DNA from: Thermoproteota archaeon
GTDB lineage: Archaea > Thermoproteota > EX4484-205 > JAAOZP01
NCBI GenBank assembly: GCA_049700215.1
Contig: JBNAVT010000002.1
Location: 45,507 to 109,506, forward strand
Direction of reading: 5' to 3'
Length of the DNA stretch: 64,000 nucleotides
In this document: positions 19,746 through 29,980 of the stretch, one piece after another
How positions within the stretch are numbered: the first letter of the stretch is position 1
How the letters are laid out: every line of letters begins with the position of its first letter
Translations under genes and position numbers: made by a program
The notes under the pieces: model-generated
What the model saw: the letters and a program-made list of their open reading frames with translations, nothing else
What the model was told of the DNA's origin: nothing
The model's database searches: none

Positions 19746-21167
19746 TTGTCTAAAATCAAATCTGCATCAAGGCGTTACATGGTGTTAAGTGAACTATTTC
19801 GCTCCAAGAGTGCGATAATCGGGTTTTCTATAATAATTCTAGTTTCAATATTATCCGTTTATGCGGTGATCGTTTATCCTCCTTCTGTCGTCACTAGAAT
19901 ATGGAGTGATCCAGAGTATTGGAGAGATAAACCAGTATTAGCACTACCGGAATGGTATAGCTCCCTCTTAGGTCTCAACCTCCCTCCTAACATAGTTTTA
20001 GATACTAGGGAGCAAGATAGTAGGATCTTGAAATACACGGTTTCTTTGAACGAGCATACGGAGCATGAAATCACGTTTACGTTTAACTATGATTATGACG
20101 CTTTTCCGAGTGAAATGAATGCTTATGTTCATGCTAAATTCAAAACGAATCCTTTAATTGTCATGACTTTTATTCGACCTGACGGGAGAGAAATAAACCT
20201 GTGGTCCGGCACTTTAACTCAGAATGAGAGTTTCATAATTTTGTCAAACTCTCCAATCGCTAAGAAAAATGTTCAAGAGTATTTTTTCAGTACTTTTGGG
20301 GAATACGTCTCTGATCCAACTACGGAAGTAATTTTATTCGCTGTGGAAAAACGAGGTATGGATAAACCGAACACGGCTGAAATTCTTAAGAGTGCAGGTA
20401 AAAGTTACAAGATTAAGATATGTGGAACGTTCTTTGAAAAAGACTCTAACCTTGACGTCAAGCTTATAATCTATGGTAAAATATGGGGAATGCTTGGAAC
20501 AGACGATAGAAGAAGAGACCTACTAATACCTATAATATGGGGTGCCCCGATTGCCTTAAGCTTCGGGATATCTCTTTCAATTATAACGTCTTTGCTACAC
20601 ATGTCCTTAGGCTCGATCAGCGCTTGGTTCGGGGGGAAAGTGGACTTCATAATCCAGAAGATAACTGAAATCTACATGACGGTGCCATTTCTATCAGTAC
20701 TCGTGATGATCTCAATGTTCTACAAGGTCAGTATAGTTGCCATATTTATTTCTGTAATAATTCTCAGCCTATTTGGCGGCGGTGTGAAGAGTTCGAGAGC
20801 TCTTGCTTTGCAGCTTAAGCAGCAACCCTTCGTAGAGGCTGCAAAAGTCTACGGGGCTAGCGGGCTTCGAATAGTCTTAAGATACATAATTTTCGCTATG
20901 GCTCCAACACTTGTACCCGGAATTATATCCTCCATACCAGGGTTTGTATTCTTAGAGGCTGCCCTAGCCTTCCTCGGATTAGGAGACCCGGTTCTTCCGA
21001 CATGGGGTAAAACTATTAACGAAGCGAATTCAGCAGGTGCTTTGTACAACTTTTACTGGTGGTGGATATTGCCTCCTGTCATAATGCTTGTCTCAATATC
21101 CTTGGCTTTTTCTTTAATAGGTTATTCCCTTGATAAAATTGTAAATCCCAAGCTGAGAGAAATATAG
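19746..21167 (+). CDS. ABC permease, OppC/DppC-like
   Basis: LGTDDRRRDL, FVEAAKVYGAS and LAFLGLG...PTWG motifs. Confidence 0.9.
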   Translation: MSKIKSASRRYMVLSELFRSKSAIIGFSIIILVSILSVYAVIVYPPSVVTRIWSDPEYWRDKPVLALPEWYSSLLGLNLPPNIVLDTREQDSRILKYTVSLNEHTEHEITFTFNYDYDAFPSEMNAYVHAKFKTNPLIVMTFIRPDGREINLWSGTLTQNESFIILSNSPIAKKNVQEYFFSTFGEYVSDPTTEVILFAVEKRGMDKPNTAEILKSAGKSYKIKICGTFFEKDSNLDVKLIIYGKIWGMLGTDDRRRDLLIPIIWGAPIALSFGISLSIITSLLHMSLGSISAWFGGKVDFIIQKITEIYMTVPFLSVLVMISMFYKVSIVAIFISVIILSLFGGGVKSSRALALQLKQQPFVEAAKVYGASGLRIVLRYIIFAMAPTLVPGIISSIPGFVFLEAALAFLGLGDPVLPTWGKTINEANSAGALYNFYWWWILPPVIMLVSISLAFSLIGYSLDKIVNPKLREI

Positions 21168-21169
21168 CT

Positions 21170-22171
21170 TTAGACTACTCCTTTAGAGTTTTTCTGGCTG
21201 TAGAGCCAGCATTTGACTTTATGGAGTTCAGACACCTCTACTTCAGGAGGCTCCTCTCTCCTGCAAACATTCATGGCGTGTGGGCACCTCGGGTGAAACC
21301 TGCAACCAGGTGGGGGATCAAGAAGACTCGGAGGCTCTCCTGGAGGTGTTTTCCTACGTCTTTTCACGTTTAAAGGATCCAAGTCTGGAATGGCTTCGAA
21401 CAAGGCTTTTGTGTAAGGATGTAACGGTTCTCTTAAAATCGTCTGTGTATCTGCTTTTTCAACAATATGGCCTCCATACATTATGAATATTTTATCTGAA
21501 AAATATCTGGTGGTGGACAAGTCATGAGTAATATATATAAAGCTTATTTTCTTGTTCTCCTGAAGCTCTCTCAGTAAAGTCAATATCTCAATCCTTACAG
21601 ATGCGTCCAGCATAGAAACAGGTTCATCTGCGACGATTAATTCGGGCTGGAGTATGAGAGCTCTTGCAATAGCTACTCTCTGCGCTTGGCCTCCGCTTAT
21701 CATATGGGGATACTTTGGCAAGAAATCTTCAGCAGGTAAAAGCCTGACGTTTTCAAGCGCTTTATAAACCATCTCACCCCTACTTCTTTCATCACTGATC
21801 TTATGGATTTTCAAGGGTTCTTCAAGTATTTCTCGTATCGTTAAGAAGTATGGGAGGCTTCCGAATGGGTCTTGCTGAATCAACTGTGCCGCCCTCCTGT
21901 ACCACATAAGGTTTTTTGCATCCAAGTGAGTTATGTCTTTACCGTTAAATACTAAAGTCCCCTGTGTCGGCTTGTAAAGTCTGAGTATAGTTTTGCCTAA
22001 AGTAGTTTTTCCGCTTCCAGATTCGCCTACAAGCGATACTGCCTCCCCCCTACTGAGTTTGAAGTTGACCCCGTCAACAGCCTTCACTGCCAGGGATTTG
22101 GAGAATAAGCCACGTTTGATTTCAAAGTATTTCCGTAGATCTATCACTTTTAACAGGGCATCGTCCATCAA
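21170..22171 (-). CDS. Oligopeptide ABC ATPase, OppF/DppF-like
   Basis: GESGSGKT, ISGGQ, ADEPVSMLD and C-terminal CRFHPRC motifs. Confidence 0.93.
   Translation of the reverse strand: MMDDALLKVIDLRKYFEIKRGLFSKSLAVKAVDGVNFKLSRGEAVSLVGESGSGKTTLGKTILRLYKPTQGTLVFNGKDITHLDAKNLMWYRRAAQLIQQDPFGSLPYFLTIREILEEPLKIHKISDERSRGEMVYKALENVRLLPAEDFLPKYPHMISGGQAQRVAIARALILQPELIVADEPVSMLDASVRIEILTLLRELQENKKISFIYITHDLSTTRYFSDKIFIMYGGHIVEKADTQTILREPLHPYTKALFEAIPDLDPLNVKRRRKTPPGEPPSLLDPPPGCRFHPRCPHAMNVCRREEPPEVEVSELHKVKCWLYSQKNSKGVV
21177..21344. repeat. 168-bp exact direct repeat, copy 1
   Basis: Identical by eye to 22181-22348 (offset 1004). It encodes the ATPase C-terminus. Confidence 0.92.
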
Positions 22172-23157
22172 CTATCAGCCACTCCTTTAGAGTTTTTCTG
22201 GCTGTAGAGCCAGCATTTGACTTTATGGAGTTCAGACACCTCTACTTCAGGAGGCTCCTCTCTCCTGCAAACATTCATGGCGTGTGGGCACCTCGGGTGA
22301 AACCTGCAACCAGGTGGGGGATCAAGAAGACTCGGAGGCTCTCCTGGAATATGACCGAGCTTCTTGGTGGAGCGTAATGTAGGTACACTTGCCAAGAGTA
22401 ATTTAGCATATGGGTGTAGAGGCTCGCTTAGAAAAGCTTCAAGGCTCGTTAACTCTACTATTTTTCCTGCATACATTATGGCGATCCTGTCAGAAAGCTC
22501 CGTGCTCAGCGCAATATCGTGCGTAATAAATATGTAGCTGATTTTAAGCTCAGACTTTATATCCTTCAATATGTTCATTATGTTCGCCTGAGTTATAACA
22601 TCTAAGGCTGAAGTCGGTTCGTCGAGAATAACTATTTCTGGATGCGTTATCAAAGCCATTGCTATTAAAACCCTTTGCTGCATGCCTCCACTAAGCTCGA
22701 AAGGATACCTGTCTATAAAAGAACTGCTTATTCCGACAAGCGATAGAAGTTCCGATGCTTTTTCAATTGCGTCTTTTTCAGGAATACCTTTATGGATCAT
22801 AAGTGGTTCTGCTACCTGTTCCCCTACTTTAAGCAAAGGATTTAAGGAGTCCATCGCTCCCTGAAAAACGATCGACACTTTCTTCCATCTGATTTTTTTC
22901 TTAAAATCATCATCTCTCAGACTCATAATATCCATACCATCGATAAATATGCTTCCCTCATACTTTGCTATATTCTTTGGGAGCAACCTCATTAGGGCTC
23001 TAGCCAGAGAGCTTTTACCACATCCGGATTCTCCAACTAAAGAAACTGTTTCTCCTTTCCTAAGGTTAAAACTTATATCATCTACAGCTTTCACTGTTCC
23101 TTTTCTAGTACTATAATATAGATAAAGCCTTTTTACCTCCATTAATGAGTCCAACAT
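22168..23157 (-). CDS. Oligopeptide ABC ATPase, OppD/DppD-like
   Basis: GESGCGKS, LSGGM and LDEPTSALD motifs. Confidence 0.93.
   Translation of the reverse strand: MLDSLMEVKRLYLYYSTRKGTVKAVDDISFNLRKGETVSLVGESGCGKSSLARALMRLLPKNIAKYEGSIFIDGMDIMSLRDDDFKKKIRWKKVSIVFQGAMDSLNPLLKVGEQVAEPLMIHKGIPEKDAIEKASELLSLVGISSSFIDRYPFELSGGMQQRVLIAMALITHPEIVILDEPTSALDVITQANIMNILKDIKSELKISYIFITHDIALSTELSDRIAIMYAGKIVELTSLEAFLSEPLHPYAKLLLASVPTLRSTKKLGHIPGEPPSLLDPPPGCRFHPRCPHAMNVCRREEPPEVEVSELHKVKCWLYSQKNSKGVADS
22181..22348. repeat. 168-bp exact direct repeat, copy 2
   Basis: Identical to 21177-21344. Confidence 0.92.
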
Positions 23158-23324
23158 TCTTCCTACCTTGTATGAAAACTACTGTTTTCCAGCTTTTTAT
23201 AAATTTTTAGAAGAGATGTATAAATGCTAAGCTTAATCTGCAATACCGTTTATACGGTTTTGCGATAGACTTAGTAGTCATGAATGTCGAGAATCCTTGT
23301 TTATTTTCTAGACGAGCTAACTTA

Positions 23325-24159
23325 GAGCATGTTTCAAAACCCCTTCTTCCTCCCATTCGCCCGCTTGTAGCATATCAGCGCGCACGCCAAGTTCAGGAAC
23401 GCCTGGTATGTACACTGCAACCTCTCGTACCTGACCTTGAGCCTCCGGTACTGGTTGATCCACGCCTGCGCCCTCTCCACAGGCCAGAGCTTCCTATACC
23501 TCCTCGGCCTCCGCCTCCTGTTCAGCAGGGGGATTATGCCCCTCTTCCTTAGTTCCCTCCTCAGCGGCTCCGAGTCGTACGCCTTGTCTCCCTTGAGCTT
23601 TAGCGGCCTTCCCACTCCATGCCTTATCGGAGGTATCGCGTCGACCAGCCTCAGGGCTACTGTAGAGTCGTGCGCGTTCGCTCCTGTAACTATTGCAGCG
23701 AGAGGGAGCCCCCTCGAGTTGGCTATGACGTGCCTCTTCGTGCCGTTCTTGGCCCTGTCCGTCGGATTGGGGCCTGTCGAGCGCCCCCTTTTAGAGCCTG
23801 CACAGGAGAGCTGTCTATCATCGCAAGCCTCATGCTTGGCTCGGCCCTATCGAGCATCTCCTTCCAGACCCTCTTCCATATGCCCTTTCGCTGCCATTCT
23901 CTAAGCCTCCTCCAGCAGCTAGGTCCGGAACTGTACTCCTTTGGGAGGGCATTCCAGGGGCAGCCGTTTAAGAGCACGTAGAGTATTCCGAGCATCGCTG
24001 TCCTGTTCGGCACAGGTGGCCTGCCGGGTGTTCCAGGGGGCTTCTGCTTCGGAAGCATGGGTTCTATTATCTCCCAAAGATCGTCCGTCAGAACCTTCTC
24101 GGGTCTAGCCATGGGGAGAGGAGGTCAGAAGGCTTGGATAAGGGTTTTGAAACACGCTC
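23325..24159 (-). mobile_element. IS5-family insertion sequence (IS427/IS1031-like, 835 bp)
   Basis: TIRs GAGCATGTTTCAAAACCC / GGGTTTTGAAACACGCTC (1 mismatch), with a TTA duplication at 23322-23324 and 24160-24162. It has a two-ORF DDE transposase. Confidence 0.92.
23334..24112 (-). CDS. IS5 transposase, orfA/orfB joined by a -1 frameshift at AAAAGGGGG (23784-23792)
   Basis: orfA has LTDDLW, GCPW and IDSS. The -1 frame reads GRSTGPNPTDRAKNGTKRH...GDKAYD...VERAQAW..YRRL. Confidence 0.88.
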
Positions 24160-24164
24160 TTAGT

Positions 24165-24596
24165 TTAAGTCTGCATATAAAACTGCTCTTTAAAAAGCCT
24201 TATTTTCTTGAAACACTCTTCCTCCTCGCCGCAGTCTGCAACAAGCTTTTCAAACGGGCAGACATCGTTCTTCATCCTGTTTAGGATTTCGGGAACAAGT
24301 TTATCATACTCGACGCTTATACTCTTCTCCTTCAAAGCGGCTAAGCCCTTCCTACTTACTACTTCCGCGTACACTTCAGCAATATTAGCACGCCGGCAGA
24401 GCATTGCTGCTGCTCTGCCAACAACCCTGTCGGCAACAGCAGCCCCTGATAACTCTACACCATGGTTTTCAATAGCTTCAACAAGCCCCACGACGCCGTA
24501 TTTCCTAGTCGCATGGATGAAAGCTCCTTGCTTAACTATAACTAGGCTGAAACCACCGTTTTTCAAAATCCTCTTAGCCGTCTCCAAGCCATTCAT
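24165..24596 (-). CDS. DUF1893 (TM1506-like) protein
   Basis: ADRVVGRAAA and ILNR..D.CPFE motifs. Confidence 0.8.
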   Translation of the reverse strand: MNGLETAKRILKNGGFSLVIVKQGAFIHATRKYGVVGLVEAIENHGVELSGAAVADRVVGRAAAMLCRRANIAEVYAEVVSRKGLAALKEKSISVEYDKLVPEILNRMKNDVCPFEKLVADCGEEEECFKKIRLFKEQFYMQT

Positions 24597-24725
24597 TTCC
24601 TCGCAGCCGTATTGTGTCTGCCAAGAGTTATATAAGCCTGTTGTTCTATTTTGGTCTCGTGTTTTGGGAACTATTTCTGCAGCGCCTTAGTAAAATTTTT
24701 AAGTCTACCATCCTACGCACGGCTT

Positions 24726-25871
24726 ATGAAGTATAGGCGATTCGGGAAACTGGACTGGCAGGTGTCCGCCCTAGGCTTCGGATGCATGAGGCTCCCTATA
24801 ATAGGCAACGATCATTCTAAGGTTGATGAGCCTGAGGCCATCAGGATGATAAGGTACGCTATAGACCATGGTGTCAACTATGTTGACACCGCGTACCCGT
24901 ATCACGGGGGGAATGGTGAGATCGTCGTCGGCAAGGCTTTAAAGGATGGCTACAGGGAGAGGATTAGGCTCGCAACCAAGATGCCTATCTGGAATATTAA
25001 TTCTAGGGAGGATATGGACAGGATCTTCGAGGAGCAGCTTAAGAAGCTTCAGACGGAATACGTGGATTTTTACCTTCTCCACGCCCTGAATAAAGACACT
25101 TGGCTTAAGATTAAAAACCTGAATGTTTTCGACTGGGCTGAAAGGGTTGTTTCCGAGGACAGGATAAAGTATCTTGGCTTCAGCTTCCACGACGACTACG
25201 AGGTTTTCAAGGAGATTATAGACGCGTATGACAAATGGACCCTTTGCCAAATACAGTATAACTATGAGAATGAGGATGTTCAAGCCGGGACAAGGGGGTT
25301 GAAATACGCTGCTGGGAAAGGGCTTGCCGTGGTTATAATGGAGCCTCTTTTAGGAGGGGCTTTAGCCAATCCGCCCCCTGCTGTTAAGCAGATCTGGGAT
25401 GAGGCTGGTAAGGATCCTGTGGAGATGGCGCTGCAGTGGCTTTGGAACAAGCCTGAGGTCTCAGTGGTCCTAAGCGGCATGAGCACGATGGAGCAGGTTA
25501 AGCGAAACATTGAGTTTGCCTCAAGATCAGGTGTCGGGCTGCTTACTGACGAGGATCTTAAGCTTATAGCTAGAGTACACGTGAAGTACAGGGAGCTCCG
25601 CCCGATTCCTTGCACGAGATGCGGCTACTGCATGCCGTGTCCGAACGGCGTTGATATCCCTGAGAACTTTGAGGTTTACAATCATGGTGTAGCGTATAGC
25701 ACGATTGGCGCAGCCCGATGGATTTACAACAATAATATTCCTGCTGAGAGGCGGGCGAGCGCATGCGTGGGATGCAGGACCTGCGAGGAGAAGTGTCCCC
25801 AGAAGATTAAGATCAGCGAATGGATGCAGAGGATCGATAAGGAATTAAGATTCCAGCCGCCTGGAACGTGA
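24726..25871 (+). CDS. Aldo/keto reductase with C-terminal Fe-S domain
   Basis: LGFGCMRLP, DTAYPY, CxxCxxCxxC and CxxCxxCxxxCP motifs. Confidence 0.92.
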   Translation: MKYRRFGKLDWQVSALGFGCMRLPIIGNDHSKVDEPEAIRMIRYAIDHGVNYVDTAYPYHGGNGEIVVGKALKDGYRERIRLATKMPIWNINSREDMDRIFEEQLKKLQTEYVDFYLLHALNKDTWLKIKNLNVFDWAERVVSEDRIKYLGFSFHDDYEVFKEIIDAYDKWTLCQIQYNYENEDVQAGTRGLKYAAGKGLAVVIMEPLLGGALANPPPAVKQIWDEAGKDPVEMALQWLWNKPEVSVVLSGMSTMEQVKRNIEFASRSGVGLLTDEDLKLIARVHVKYRELRPIPCTRCGYCMPCPNGVDIPENFEVYNHGVAYSTIGAARWIYNNNIPAERRASACVGCRTCEEKCPQKIKISEWMQRIDKELRFQPPGT

Positions 25872-25938
25872 CGCTTTAAAACCTGAAACCGGCATCCGGT
25901 GCAGTTTATATATTGCCCAGGGTTTTCAATACTGCGAC

Positions 25939-28814
25939 ATGTATAGGGATGAGGCGGTGGTTTGGAGTCCCGGGGATTCTGAGAAAATTGCTGGTTTTCT
26001 GAGGCGCGTATCCCCAGGTTTCACCGAGAACGCTCAGGCCAGGGCCTGGGTTGAACCTGACGGCAGGATCCTTCTTCAAATAGTGTTCATGAAAGAGGGT
26101 GTTGCAACCAGGATGCTTGAAACATTTGTCGTTAAGGATGATGGTGGGAACATCGTCAGGGTTGAGCCTCCTGAGGCGACTGGTGAAGCGGGGGAGAGCC
26201 AGCTGGAAGGCGGTTCCCAGAATCCCTGTTTAAAAACCCTTGGGGATCGCCTCAGGGTTCTCAACTGGCATCATAGTAATTCTCTGGCTGCTGTTGCTAA
26301 GAGGCTGGTGGGCCTCGAGGTTTTTTCCACACTTCCTTCTAAAGAGGTTGACTGGGCGAGCAGTGTTTTCAACCAGGTTTTCCCCGAGTCCCCTTTAACC
26401 CTCAGGCCCTACGGGTATTTTGATAAGGAGACGAGAGAGTACGTTATAACTCGGCCAGACACGCCTACGCCCTGGATAAACTATCTCGGCCAAGGAGGCT
26501 ACGGCGGAATAATATCTAACACTGCTGGAGGTTTCTCGTTCGACCGTGACCCCCGTAACCGTCGGGTTACAAGGTACCGGTACAACGCTATTCCACTGGA
26601 TCAGCCTGGGCACTATATTTATCTTAGGGATGATGAAACCGGGGAGTTCTGGAGTCCAACTTGGCAGCCTGTTAAGAACAGCCTTGAATGGTATGAGTGT
26701 AGGCATGGCGCAGGCTATACTCGTATAAGCAGCAGGCGTAACGGGGTTGAGGCCTCAATACTCTTCTTCATCCCACCTAATCCCCCCTACGGGGAGTGTC
26801 CTGTCGAGCTTCATGTGCTACGCTTAAAAAACACTAGCGCCAGCGTTAAGAGCCTGAGCATATGGTCCTACGAGGAGCTGTCATACTGGGATGCTATCGT
26901 TGACACGACTAACCTGGATTGAGGTCAGCAAATAGTTTCAAGCTCCTACAGGAATGGTGTTATTGTCACGGGGGTTCAGTTTAAACCTACTAGAACGTTC
27001 CTCGCAAGCAGCCTCGCCCCAGATGGTTACGACACTAGCCGCGAGGTTTTCGTGGGGAGCTACGGCGACCTCTCCAGGCCGCAGGCGGTTGTCAGCGGCA
27101 AGCCGGGTTACAGTATTGCTTCACGCGGCAACAGTATTGCTTCCCTCAGACATTTTCTGGAGCTGAAGCCCCGGGAGGAGGAGACAATAGTCTACGTGCT
27201 TGGCGTGACTGATAAGCCGAGTCTAATACCTGAAACCGTTGAACACTATAGTGTCGTAGAAAACGTTGAGAAGGCTTTTAAAGAGCTTGGAGAAAACTGG
27301 GGCGAATACCTTGGGAAGCTAACTGTTGAAACACCGGATGAGGAGATGAACGCTATGATAAACTTCTGGAACGCTGTTCAGTGCTGTGCCAACCTCTACT
27401 GGTCTAGATTCGTCTCCCTGTACGATACTGGTTTAGGAAGAGGCATGGGGACGCGTGACTCTGCTCAAGACACTTTGGGCACTGTGCATAATGATCCTCA
27501 GCATGCACGCAGGGTTCTGAAAATGCTCTGGAAACTACAGTTTAAAGATGGGCACACCTGGCACCAGGTTTTCCCGCTTACTGGCGAGGGGGGGCCTGGG
27601 CATGCTGCAGAATCTCCTGAGAAACCCCAGTGGTTTAGCGACGACCACCTTTGGCTCATCTTAGCGACCTGCAGCTATCTCCGTGAAACGGGTGACTTCA
27701 CACTCCTGGATGAGAAGCTGCCATACCAGGATAGTGACGCGGAGGAGACTGTTTGGGAACACGTAGAGAGGGCGGTAGGCTTCACCTGCAGGAAAAGAGG
27801 ATTACACGGCCTGCCGCTGATCGGCTTCGCAGACTGGGATGACACTATGAATCTTGACCATGGTTCTGAGAAGGCTGAAAGCGTCTGGACGGGGATGCTT
27901 TTCTGCAGGGTTATGCTTGACCTTGCGGAGCTTTGCAAGAAGCTTGGGCGCGTGGAGAAGATGATGGAGTTTGAAAAGCTTCACAGGGAGATGGCTGAAA
28001 CAATAAACCGGGTTTCATGGGATGGTGAATGGTATGCTAGGGCTTACGACGACGAGGGCAGGCCTGTCGGCATTAAGGGTAAGAAGTATCACTGGATAAG
28101 TCTTATTCCGCAGGCTTGGTCGGCTATTGCTGAGCTCGGCGAAGAAGAGAGGTCGAGGAAAGCCTTGGAGAGTGCACGCCGGTTTTTAAACAGCCTTTAG
28201 GATTAAGGCTGATGAGAGACCCGTTTAACAGCAGTAAGACGGATGAGGATTCAGTGGATGTTGAGAGCCTGAGGCGTTTCGGCGGAACAGCAACATACCC
28301 GCCTGGGCTCAAGGAGAATGGTGGAATATTCAACCATGCTAACACTTGGGTTATTGTTGCAGCCGCCAAGCTCGGGCTTGGAGACCTCGCCTACCAGTTT
28401 TACAGCCAGATAATGCCGCTTAGACGTAGAGATACGGATGCTCTTAAGACTGAGCCCTACGTGTATTCTCAGAATCTGGCTGCCCCGGAGCATCCTGAGT
28501 ATGGGCGTGCAAGAAACTCGTGGCTCACCGGCACAGCCTCATGGGTTTACGTGGCTGCGACACAATGGATTCTCGGCATACGCCCCACCTTCGAAGGGTT
28601 GAAAATATCTCCATGCATACCGGAATCCTGGAGCGGCTTCAAGGCTCGAAGGGTCTTCAGAGGAGTGACGTACAATATTCTCGTTAAACGTGTTGGAAAG
28701 GGTAACAAGGTTTCGCTCAAGGTGAATAGTAAGCATGTTCCCGGAGAAGTTGTTCCGCTTCCAATCGAGGATGTGGCGAGCGTGGAAGTAGAGGTCGCGC
28801 TCGGAGGGCAATAG
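25939..28814 (+). pseudogene. GH94 cellobiose/cellodextrin/chitobiose phosphorylase with a nonsense TGA (26920) and a frameshift (~28195)
   Basis: TPTPWINYLG, RDSAQD, catalytic ADWDD, ENGGIFNH and NSWLTGTASW motifs. ORFs 25939 and 27052 share a frame. Confidence 0.87.
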
Positions 28815-28888
28815 TCCTGGTGTACTCGGAGCCCAGCTTGTCTCAGCAAAGTTTAAATTAAAATTTAAATGGTTCAAACCGGGAAAAG

Positions 28889-29977
28889 ATGAGGAGGTTT
28901 CTTAAACTCCCCACGGATCCAATTGACGTTAGCCCGGATAAAAAGATTAGTCAGCTGACTGATGAAATGCTGTTCACAGGCTTTCAGGGTAGGAAGGTTG
29001 CTGAGGTTGTTCAAGTATGGTCGAGAATGCTTAATAAAAGGAATATCGTAATATGGTTCGGCTTAGCCGGCGCCATGGTTCCAGCCGGGATGAGGAGACT
29101 AATCTCGTACCTGATTGAAAGGAGAATGATCGACGCGGTTGTCTCGACTGGCGCAAATCTTTACCACGATCTCTTTGAAGCCCTAGGCGGGAAGCACTAT
29201 GTCGGAACCCACATGATAGATGATGTTAAGCTGAGGAGGGAGAGGGTTGACAGGATTTACGACGTTTTCGCAGACGAGAACAAGTTCTACGAGACCGATC
29301 TCTGGATAGAAAAGTTTTTCGCCAGGACGCTTAGGGACGATTACCCCTATTCCTCTCGTGAATTACTCTATCTTCTCGGGAAGCTTTTAAGCAAGAATGC
29401 TAAGGATAAAGACTCCATTCTTGTAAGCGCCTACAGGAGCGGCGTCCCAATATTCTGCCCCGCGTTCGGAGACAGCTCCCTGGGTTTCTCGATAATGTTC
29501 TCCAACAGGAGGGAGAGGGTTGCAAGCATGAACGGGAAGAAGGTTGTCCTTAAGAGGAAGAGGATAATTGTCGACTATCTTAAGGATGTTGACGAGAGCT
29601 CCAGAATAACTGAGAAGGCGAAGCAGACTGGGGTGATATACATAGGTGGAGGCGTGCCCAAGAATTTTATTCAGCAAACCGCTGTGATAGCGAGCTACCA
29701 GACCAGGCACGATAGAAGCCATAGTTTTGCGATACAGATCTCCACGGACATGCCGCAGTGGGGAGGCCTATCGGGATGCACATTCGAGGAGGGTCAAAGC
29801 TGGGGGAAAATCGGGTTCCGAGCCCAGAGAGTGCAGTGCTACGCTGACGCCACCATAGTGCTTCCGCTCATAGTTCATTCTTTAAGCGAAAAGTTCAAGA
29901 GGCTTAGAAGGGATGTTCCAATCTTCGAATGGAAGGGTAGTGATTTGAAGATAACTTATGAGAGGATGAAGCTTTAG
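28889..29977 (+). CDS. Deoxyhypusine synthase family protein
   Basis: STGANL.HD, GGGVPKNF and GGLSGC.FEEGQSWGK (Lys retained) motifs. Confidence 0.9.
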   Translation: MRRFLKLPTDPIDVSPDKKISQLTDEMLFTGFQGRKVAEVVQVWSRMLNKRNIVIWFGLAGAMVPAGMRRLISYLIERRMIDAVVSTGANLYHDLFEALGGKHYVGTHMIDDVKLRRERVDRIYDVFADENKFYETDLWIEKFFARTLRDDYPYSSRELLYLLGKLLSKNAKDKDSILVSAYRSGVPIFCPAFGDSSLGFSIMFSNRRERVASMNGKKVVLKRKRIIVDYLKDVDESSRITEKAKQTGVIYIGGGVPKNFIQQTAVIASYQTRHDRSHSFAIQISTDMPQWGGLSGCTFEEGQSWGKIGFRAQRVQCYADATIVLPLIVHSLSEKFKRLRRDVPIFEWKGSDLKITYERMKL

Positions 29978-29980
29978 CCG

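Noticed and set aside
23784-23792. IS transposase as a pseudogene
   Set aside because: The split at A4G5 is the normal programmed -1 frameshift of two-ORF IS5 members.
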